From Ranitomeya imitator (lineage: Eukaryota), in assembly GCF_032444005.1 (NCBI RefSeq), contig NC_091288.1, forward strand, positions 203,360,001 through 203,424,000: a DNA stretch of 64,000 bases, read 5' to 3'. The translations under genes were made by a program, and so were the position numbers. This document shows, piece after piece, positions 54,648-64,000 of the stretch. The notes under the pieces were generated by a model. The model made no database searches, was not told where the DNA came from, and saw nothing but the letters and a program-made list of their open reading frames with translations. The number at the start of each line of letters is the position of its first letter. Positions within the stretch are counted from its first letter, which is position 1.

Positions 54648-56187
54648 ACTGTTCTACACCCTCATTAAACTCTAGTAGAGTTGAGAAAAATCACTTGGAA
54701 GGACATTGGTCCAGTGGCCACGACAGAAGTTTTTGGCTACCTCTGATCCTATTGCAATCCTCCCATCCTTGGCACCGACGACAATAGGGCTGTATCACAA
54801 AATCAGAAGAGGTCGTTAGGATGAGGGATAAGGAGGAGTGCAGGGCTCCCGCTCTGTGGCCGCCGCATCAGTATCTTGCAAATTTATTTTGCTTATTCCT
54901 CGATACTATTTTGTTTGTCTTTTTTTTTTAAAATTGATATATCTATCTGGAATTTTTGTGTTGCCCCGTCTTTTCCATTTTTAGCTCTCCCCTATGAGAC
55001 TTTAACTTGCTAACCTAGGTAAGCATGTCTTCCCCCAGATCACACCACTTACACCGCCTGTGATTGCCAGTGGCGCTTAATTGATTAAACTTTACTAGGC
55101 CCATTATTGGTTAGCCATTAGAAGGTGCACCATATGGCGACACACAGACCACCCATGGGCCTGCAATACGGAGCCTGTATTGTGCCTCTTTATAGACATC
55201 ACTGTTTACACTTAAATAGGTATTCCCATCTTCAAAATCCTTTTCCCAATATGTAGTAGGTGTAATGATAATTAATAATGTTAGCAAATACCTCCAATTA
55301 GAAATATAGCATAGTTCTTCTGATTAGCTATGTCGCTTACCCCATGTGCAGGGCATTGCAGTAGCTTAGGTATCCATACCTACAACCACTCAGGTCATAA
55401 CCATGGATACCCAAGTTACTACAATACCCTGCACATAAATGACCTAGCAAATTAGGAGAACTATACATTTCTAATTGAAGGTATTTACTCATTAATCACA
55501 ACTACTACATATTGGGATAGGATTTTGGAGATGGGAATACCCCTTTAATTGACGGACGTACCCTCCACACCAAGCTTCATATCCGCGTAGAATCGATTAC
55601 AGATTTATTGGGAGATTCCCATTTAGTGGCATGACCCATAGAAGTCACATTTTATTGGAATTTCATGGAAAAATTGGACTCGTACCCACTGTGTGCCATT
55701 AATGAGAGAGAAGCCTTCGGTTCTCCTCAGGGCCCTGCTAAGACTTCTGCCTCCGCCCTCAATATGGTGCCGGCTCAGGAATATGCCGTAGAATGGTCTT
55801 TATGAGGCGCAATGTGCGTCATCAGATCATTTATTAGCCATTGTGAGAATACTGCCAGTGCCGGGCTCCGAGGCGAGTGCAGGGCGGCCATCTTTCCTTT
55901 AGTTGTCATGGTGACCCTGATCAGGGAATGGGAGCAATCTGAGGGCCATGGCGCTGAAGGGAGACGGGATCTTGTCGTCTGAGCCACTTTTCCAGATTAG
56001 GTGGCCGCGTCATGACTAATCGGCTTACAGGGCTTAAACCAAATACATTCACTTCATATATGAAAGTGTCAGCGCCATAAAGCTGGCGGACGGCACCGAC
56101 TGAGGGAAATGGAGCAGAGGGAAGTCTCCAGTCACAATCATATATATTTATTTTACCCAAATCCATATTAAGCCTCTTTGTATTAAA

Positions 56188-56219
<32 letters not shown>

Positions 56220-59200
56220 CACTGTCTGTCTCCCCTATGACAACACTTCCTGCCCAGGCAGCACAAGGAGAGGGAGATAGATCTACATCAACCCGATTGT
56301 GGGCAGTAAAGATTCGATATGTGGTGAGAACATGGAATAAAGGCTCTTACTCTTAAGAGACGGACTTGGGTTCTGATCCTGATATTGCTGGGGTCCGCAT
56401 CCGTTGCGTTCCGGCTTATCCAGCTGATGCTGCACCTCTTGCCAGGCTGAAGGAGACATGCAAGATATCAGTAAATGTTGATGGCACTAATATTAAATAA
56501 TATGCAGAAGGGATTATCGTTTTAAGGGGGAATCAGTTGCTAGGTCTTTAGTGAACAGTTTTTGCTCTTATTTTATTCCCGCAGTTCCTATGAGTATTTT
56601 GCTTTTAATCTTAAAATCCGCCATACGGTTCCAGAGATATGGACCTTTTTATTTAGAGCCAATTTTTGGTGGGTTTTTTTTTTTTGATTTTTACAAGGGG
56701 TCGTGGCCGACAGGGTAACGGTCTGTAATAAAGACCATAAACGTAGCACTGAATAAAAAGGCCCATACCGCGGAATACTCAGGAGATGTGGGAATAAAGC
56801 GAGCGCAAACAATGACCAGAATAGAGAGAATCTGTCATAAGCGGAGTGGGTTGTTTTTTTTTTTTTTTTTTTTTTTTTTAAATAATCAAATTCAGGAGTC
56901 TACTATATAATTGTCTAAGGGTCACTTCCGTCTGTCTGTGTCTGTCACGGATATTCATTGGTCGCGGCCTCTGTCTGTCATGGAAATCCAAGCCGCTGAT
57001 TGGGCATTTTGCCACGACCAATCAGCGACGGGCGCAGTCCGGCGGCAACATGGCCGCTCCTTCCTCCCCGCAGTCAGCTCCATACTCCCCTCCAGTCACC
57101 GCTCACACAGGGTTAATGGCAGCGCTAATGGACCACGTTATGCCGCGGTGTAATGCACTTCATTAACGCTGCTATTAACCCTGTGTGACCAACTGTTTTA
57201 CTATTGATGCTGCCTATGCGGCATCAATAGTAAAAAGATCTAATGTTAAAAAAAAACAAAATCATCATATACTCACCCTCCGGCGCCTTTCCCACTCCTC
57301 GCGACGCTCCGGTGACCGGTCCATGCATTGCGATCTCACGAGATCGCTACATCATCTCGCAAGACCGCAATGCACTCTTGAGACCGGAGCGTGCGAGGAG
57401 CGTCGGTAAAATGCTTCCTGGATCCAGGTGCCAACAGAGGGTGAGTATATAACTATTTTTTATTTATTTATTTATTTTTTTTTAAACAGGGATATGATGC
57501 CCACATTGCTATATACTACGTGGCCTGTGCAATATACTACATGGGCTGGGCAATGTACTACGTGGACATGCATACTTGCCCAGGCCACGTAGTACATTGC
57601 ACTGGCCGCGTATTATGTAGCAATGTNNNNNNNNNNNNNNNNNNNNNNNNNNNNNNNNNNNNNNNNNNNNNNNNNNNNNNNNNNNNNNNNNNNNNNNNNN
57701 NNNNNNNNNNNNNNNNNNNNNNNNNNNNNNNNNNNNNNNNNNNNNNNNNNNNNNNNNNNNNNNNNNNNNNNNNNNNNNGCACCTGGATCCAGGAAGCGTT
57801 TTACCGACGCTCCTCGCGTCCTCCATCTCGCGAGATCGCAATGCATGGACTGGTCACCGGAGCGTCGCGAGGAGCGGAAAAGGCGCCGGAAAGTGAGTAT
57901 ATGATGATTTTTTATTTTTAACATTAGATCTTTTTACTATTCATGCTGCATAGGCAGCATCAATAGTAAAACAGTTGGTCACACAGGGTTAATAGCAGTG
58001 TTAATGGAGTGCGTTACACCGCGGCATAACGCGGTCCATTAGCGCTGCCATTAACCCAGTGTGAGCGGTGACTGGAGGGGAGTATGGAGTGGATGCTGAC
58101 TGCGGGGAGGAAGGAGCGGCCATGTTGCCGCCGGACTGCGCCCGTCGCTGATTGGTTGTGGCAATGGTCGTGGGCGTTTTGCCACGACCAATCAGCGACT
58201 TGAATTCCATGACAGACAGAGGCCGCAACCAATGAATATCCGTGACAGAAGGACAGACAGAAGTGACCCTTAGACAATTATATAGTAGATAATATCTTAG
58301 TTGCTAGAAGCAAAAGATTAGGCGTCCTAAAAAAAAAAAAAAAAAGACTTTGGTGGATAATGGGTTAAAGAGGGGTTTGCCAGGGCTGACATATTGATGA
58401 CTTATCTGCCATTAGGGCGGCATCACTCCGATGGGTGAACTGAAATCCGCTGTGGCAGCGGCCATAAATCTGCATTGTACTGCGCAGAACTCAGGAGCGC
58501 CACACATTGCCGAATGCTACATTTTATCTACCCCTCAACAAAGTGGTTTTCACCTGATCGCTGAGGATGCGGGGTGTCGGACCCTCACCGATATCATATT
58601 GATGACCTGTCCTAGGAATAGACGATCAATGTTGGTCCTGAAAAACCCAAACCCCTTTAATGACCCGTCTCCTGGCACCCCTATCAATTAGCCGATGTAA
58701 AGGGATATTCTCAAGTTTGAAAGTTACCCCCTACACAGAGGGAGGGGTGTCAGACAGATCCTAAGAGCCACGGCTGAGTGGAGCAGATGCCAATCATGTG
58801 CCCCTTGTAACATTCATTCCAGTAGGAGGGCAGAAGACCAGTTGAGTGCGGCGCTTTGTATCGCCGGTGGTCCCAGTAAGAATGAATGGATCAGATGTGC
58901 GCGGACTGAACTCGATAACCTGGAGGCCCCCCAGCAGTCAGACCCACCGGACAGTGAACAACTTTCATACTTGGTAATGCCCCTTTAAAGGGATCACGGT
59001 GCTCCAGCGAGCACAGTCAAGTCATGCACATTGGTTAGGTGTATCCCTCCCGCGAGACCCTCATACATAGCAGTCACTGCTCTCAGCCTTACCCTGATAC
59101 ACAAAGCGGACGTTCTCCTCGTGGGCCGGTGTGTACGCGTCCTCCTCCGACGTCGGGCTCAGGGATGCGCTGCGCTTGCCGTTTACACGACTGAACACTA

Positions 59201-61739
59201 GTTTTGGAGCTGAAGGACTGTAAGAGAAAAACAGATCGGGGGTCACAGGAAGATGGCGGATTCCAGGAGGTGTCCTACAACAGGATTTTTTTTTTTTTTT
59301 TTTTTTATACTGGAAAAATAGTGCAGCTGGACGGGACGATCCGCTGCGCAATAGTTTTAGGCAACGTCCAATCATTTGCATAAAAGGGGAAGGTAATGAG
59401 GAAAATCTGATGACAGCACAGCAACAACACATTTGTACAACTTTTCATGTTGGAAAAGAGTCATTAAAAATGCATTTTTATATGTTAAAAACCACTGCAA
59501 AAAGACATAATGCACAAATCCCTGAATATATATCACAGTACCAGATGACTGCGGGCGCTGTTGTCGCAGCTTATCTCCTTACCCACATGTAGAAGCGTGT
59601 GCGGGGGGGGGTGTTGGGTGGTAGCTCTATGAGGAGGTGATCCCTCCCTCTAATAGGGGCACAAGGTCAAACATAGAGCAGAACAGACAAGATTTAGGGT
59701 ATGTGCACACGTCTGGATTTTTAGCGTTTTTTTTTTTTTGCGGAATTTCCCGATAAAAACGCTTTAAAAAAAAAAAAAAAAAAAAAAAAAGCTAAAAAAA
59801 CGCAAACATTATGCATCCTATCATTTAGAATGCATTCCGCATTTTTTGTGCATATGTTTGCATTTTTTTCCCGCAAAAAAAAAAAAAAAAAAAACTAGCA
59901 TGTTCATTATTTTTGCGGATTTCCCATTAAATTGGAGTGTCCGGAAAAAAAAACGCAAAAAAAAAAAAAAAAAAAAAAAAAAGGGCGACAAAAACGCATC
60001 TTTCCCCCAGTCTACACATTGCACACCCACCTAGATCAAGTCCATATTGGCCATTATGTGCCAAAACTGACTTGTTAATGATAGGATTGCAATTTTTTTT
60101 CTCTTTTAGGCTTTTAACTGGAAAAAAAAAAAAAAAAAAAATCTTTAATTTTTTTTTTTATTATTATTATTCTACATTATGTAAAGAGGAATTGAACCCG
60201 CGATCATTTGGCTGCTTATATTTTATACTACTTAGAGGAGATAGTAAATTCACTATGGGACACGGACGGGGTCATGGGAGTTCAGAGATGGCAGGAGCGG
60301 GGTGGGCAAACCATCAGCGCCTCATGCACCTGCTCAGATCAACAGTTTGGGCCGACAGCCCCCTGACGCACTGATCTGAGGGGCTGCCACTGTCCAGAAC
60401 ACCATTCTGTTGGTTCAATTTTTTTTATTTTCCAGCTTCGGCAGTCACCGTATAGGATAAATATACACAGTCTATTAATTCAGACAGTTACACATGTAGA
60501 GTTGCCATGCTAATTTTTTTCCCAATGTTATTTACATTTTGAGAAAAGGCAGAGTGGAGGGGGTATGTAATATTATATTTTTTAAATTAGCTGCACTAGG
60601 AGACTTGACAAGACACCGCAATACTATAGCATTGCAGTGTATTGTAAAATTATCTATGAAGCCCATGCGTAATTCAAGGTTCGTGGGTGTACAAACATGG
60701 CCGACGTGGTGTCCTTGAGAAGCTCCCCCCAGCCACCAGGGTAATGACATAAAGGGGGGAGGGTAACGGTCTCTAGACGGGACACCTATCCTCATTTCCC
60801 AATTCTTACACATGATTGACAGCAGCATCTAAGAGGTTAAAGGGGAGGCATTTACGGCAGATGTCGCACATTAACCCTGCGCATAGTGACACCGCGAGCC
60901 TCGCACTTTCCACGAGTTCTGGTGCTGTCCCTGACCCCCATATACAAGTCCGGATTAAAAGGATCATCCAGTAATCCAGAGCCGCGTCAATCCAAACCCA
61001 GGACCCTCGTTCAGCACCGGGATCATATTTTATTTTTCATCCCCCCCCCCATCATGAAGAGTTTTCCTGTAAATATCTGCTCAATGTGAACCAGCGCCAC
61101 TTTTCAGGCTTTCGATAGTCATCGCTGTAGGCAGATCCTGAAGGGTTAAGAGTCCAGCCCCCTTCTGTCACTCCCACCAGGCCCTCCCTGTACAGCACCA
61201 TGTGACAATGACACTGTGCGCATGGTAACCTCTGAACAAGGTCACGCTGCCGCCGATCGCCTGTCACCCCCCAGCGTAAATGGAGATCGGAGCCAATGCC
61301 GATCCCGGATGTGCACCCCGAGATGTACGGGGTTAATAAATTCAAAATCCGGGGGGGGGGGGAAGAAATAATGCACTTAACCCATTCATCACAGATTAAA
61401 GCGGTGACACCGGGACGGCCAATGTTGGGTGACCCCCTTGCAGCGTCCTAGCCCCCCAGGCAGGTACTGACCTTGGCAGAGGGTCGCAGCCGTTGGACAG
61501 GGTGGGGGTCAGCAGCTGCTGCTTACTTTTCAGCTCCTGCAGCTTGGTGTCAATCTGCTGCTTGGGACCTGGGAAGGAAACACAGTCATCAATGTGGAAC
61601 ATTACAGTCATGGAGTACAGCACCACAGTCAGGGCAGCGCCATAACGCTGTGCAATAGCCACCTGCAGCAGGAGGCCGGGGTCATACCTGTCCTCCTCTG
61701 GGTGGTGAGCTTGCTGGGTCCTCGGGTGATGGTGTACAT
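53199..61739 (-). CDS. MCRIP2: MAPK regulated corepressor interacting protein 2 (FAM195A), 5 exons, 146 aa
   Basis: Minus-strand exons 61739-61688, 61568-61472, 59217-59093, 56446-56351 and 53269-53199 total 441 nt with GT-AG junctions and consistent phases. Protein: MYTITRGPSKLTTQRRTGPKQQIDTKLQELKSKQQLLTPTLSNGCDPLPSPSAPKLVFSRVNGKRSASLSPTSEEDAYTPAHEENVRFVYQAWQEVQHQLDKPERNGCGPQQYQDQNPSPSLKNFVPIDLEDWWAERFLANIENCE. It carries the MCRIP2 N-terminus, HEENVRF and FVPIDL..WW motifs. Confidence 0.95.
55212..55548. mobile_element. Palindromic TTAA-flanked T2-like MITE
   Basis: TTAA-ATAGGTATTCCCATCT ... AGATGGGAATACCCCT-TTAA. Confidence 0.8.
56899..58289. mobile_element. Two Helitron-like copies tail-to-tail (56899 plus; 58289 minus) either side of an N gap (57627-57778), MCRIP2 intron 3
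   Basis: Both outer ends read TCTACTATATAATTGTCTAAGGGTCACTTC. The bodies are homologous to 26153-27336 and differ from each other by substitutions and indels. Confidence 0.65.
58365..58660. mobile_element. TTAA-flanked T2-like MITE
   Basis: TTAA-AGAGGGGTTTG ... CAAACCCCT-TTAA ends. Confidence 0.65.
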
Positions 61740-62290
61740 GACGGGGAAGGGAGCACTTGCAGGACGCCCCCAGCAGGAAGAGCAGGCTGCCACTGACTAT
61801 TTTCTGCAGCAGCTGGCTCTTTAAGAAGGCATGTGCTGGAGGACACGCCCCCTCACCCCTCTTAAAGGGGCCGCGTCGCTTATCTAACCCATTGCGCAAT
61901 ACAGTCTTGGTGTGATGTTGGTGTGATGTTAGTATAGACAGTTCGCTGTTTATACATAGCACGGCGGACACAGCCGGTAATTGTGTAACGGGATCCGAAC
62001 ACTTCTAGTTATGTATTATGTATTGCCACAAGGATTTGTCTGCAGATGTCACATGACGTTGAACTCTACCTGCTGCAAAGCCAAAGTTGCCCCAACCCGC
62101 CGGGGCCAGTGGGAGCGATCCACAATCTCATGTGACAAGGAAAAGGTGGGGCATGTTACATTTCAATACGCCCGATCCTTTTATTTTCTGGTAGCAGCTT
62201 GCGCCCCTTTCTCCATAGAGGACACATGTAGTCTCTGCTGTACTGAGCATGCGCATGTGTGTGTTCTCAGAACGTTTTCCTAGCACCTTT

Positions 62291-63431
62291 TTAAAGGGAA
62301 CCTGGCATGCTGCACATGATCTCTGCTCTCAGATTAATATTTTAGTGGGAAACTTTTCAGCAAAACTTGGAATTTATTAATTGTATGCTTAGGAATCCAG
62401 TGGGCGGTCCTAGTATTGATTGATAGTCTTCCCTGTATGACTGTGCATCCATGCAGTAAGAGCTGTCAATCACTACTAGGACCGCCCACTGGACTCATGT
62501 ATGCAAGCACCAAGGATTTCAGTGACTGTCAGTCTTCCCCAGGGGCGGACATATCATTGGTGCAACCTGTGCCGCCCCAGGGCCCAAGAGGTAAGGGGCC
62601 ATTTATACCTCCAAAGCAGGTGCAACTTTTCATTTTTACTAGTTCTTGAGCAGTAAAGGGCCCATATATTGCTCTAGCGCAGGGGCCCTTAAGTGGCCTT
62701 CCTTATATGACTGTGGATGTAAAGAGCTGTCAATCATTACTAGAACAGCCCACTGGACTCCTATGTATACAAACAGCAGGGATTTCAGTGATTGTCAGTT
62801 TTCCCTGTGTGACTGTGCATGCAGAGAGCTGTCAATCACTGCTAGGACCGCCCACTGGACTCCTATGTATACAAACAGCAGGGATTTCAGTGATTGTCAG
62901 TTTTCCCTGTGTGACTGTGCATGCAGAGAGCTGTCAATCACTGCTAGGACCGCCCACTGGACTCCTATGTATACAAACCCCAGGGATTTCAGTGATTGTC
63001 AGTTTTCCCTGTGTGACTGTGCATGCAGAGAGCTGTCAATCACTGCTAGGACCGCCCATTGGACTCCTATGTATACAAATACCAGGGATTACAGCGATTG
63101 TCAGTCTTCCCTGTGTGATTGTGCATGTAAGAGAGAGCTGTCAGTCACTAGTAGGACCGCCCACTGGACTCCTAAGCATGCAAACATCAGATATTTAAGT
63201 GACTATCAGTCTTCCCTGTACGGCTGTGCATGTAGACAGAGCTGTCAATCACTGGTAGGACCGCCCACTGGACTCCTAAGCATACAAACACCAGAGATTT
63301 CGATGAATACAATACAATTTCTCTGGAATCTTTTCCTATAAACCTATATATCACTCTGCTCAGCTTCTCCTTCTCTGTTCCGTTCTGTCCGCAGGTCGGA
63401 CCACATGTACGAGGTGACAGGTTCCCTTTAA
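62291..63431. mobile_element. TTAA-flanked MITE expanded by an internal 102-bp tandem array (about 8 copies) plus a nested small element at about 62539-62700
   Basis: TTAA-AGGGAACCTG (62291) and CAGGTTCCCT-TTAA (63431) TIRs. Internal period of 102 from GCAGAGAGCT at 62821 and 62923. Confidence 0.8.
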
Positions 63432-64000
63432 GGCCCGCAGACACATAGTGCACCCTAGGGCGAGCGCTGCTTATCTCTGCGCGGCTCAGCTGCTATTACC
63501 GGGTTCTTCTGATTATTGCATCAGTGACACCGCTGATATTCCATCGTCGCACCGTCCGCGCCGGTCCGCCCAGTCATTCATTCAGCTCAGTGAGACGCGT
63601 GTTATTTCTATGGGGGGATCAGGTGCCCCTTATCTGGGGGTATTATGGGTTCAGTCCAGCCGGTCATTGCAGGCCGCATGTTTGCTGCATTTTTTAATGC
63701 TGTTTTTTCCAGTCCCAGGAAAAACTCTGAGATCTCAGAAATCTCACGCACGCGCTGGTTTCATTTTTTACCGATTGAATTGGAAAACGGCAGCGCGTCA
63801 TTTCATTCAGTGTTTTTTTTTTCACCCATAGAAAGCAATGAAAAAAACCCACTGTAAACATGCAGCAGTGAATCATCGGGGGGACACCGCCTAACAGTCA
63901 GAACATGCTGGGAGTTGTAGTTTGCAACATCTGGAGAGCCACAGGTTACAGATCCCAGCACTACAGGTATACGGCTCAATTCTTGTGTTAATACAGTGAC

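Noticed and set aside
61242-61260. Possible poison exon in MCRIP2 intron 2 (would give PLPRRSAAA-stop)
   Set aside because: The acceptor GGGGTGACAG has no polypyrimidine tract, and the true exon 3 at 59217 restores the conserved sequence.
61594-61824. 76-aa plus-strand ORF with a hydrophobic stretch
   Set aside because: It is the antisense shadow of MCRIP2 exon 1 and intron 1. The minus strand explains the coding-like composition.
62646-63341. 231-aa and 163-aa Cys-rich repetitive ORFs
   Set aside because: The 102-bp unit is a multiple of 3, so the frames stay open. The sequence is MITE-internal tandem DNA.
63395-63413. Apparent 19-nt micro-exon (CCGCAG|...GAG|GTGACA) of a plus-strand gene such as METTL26
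   Set aside because: It lies inside the terminus of the TTAA MITE, and I recognised no METTL26 sequence in the window.

Overview
Eukaryotic vertebrate DNA, almost certainly a frog (inferred from the Xenopus-like cyclin F N-terminus MKGG-VLHCRCSKCFAAPP and the anuran-type TTAA/TTA MITE content), with four N gaps. Three intact spliced genes were reconstructed by hand from GT-AG junctions and frame continuity: CCNF (+, 17 coding exons, 3362-20876, 757 aa), ABCA3 (+, 30 coding exons, 35160-50132, 1698 aa, CpG-rich promoter and non-coding first exon near 29.7-30.1 kb) and MCRIP2/FAM195A (-, 5 exons, 61739-53199, 146 aa), which converges on ABCA3. Mobile DNA includes a young 1.63-kb Tc1 (DD34E, IR/DR ends) with a disabled 5' end in CCNF intron 9, a decayed second Tc1, Helitron-like and Penelope-like elements in inverted arrangements, and many MITEs. 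There are also seven tandem arrays with 30-102 bp units. Most long ORFs in the supplied track are artefacts of these arrays. I found no new protein-coding system. The most unusual signals are a minisatellite amplified from an ABCA3 splice donor with the GT disabled in nearly every copy, a Helitron-like family found twice as tail-to-tail pairs, a CLEAR-box cluster at the ABCA3 promoter and a candidate alternative in-phase first exon for CCNF.
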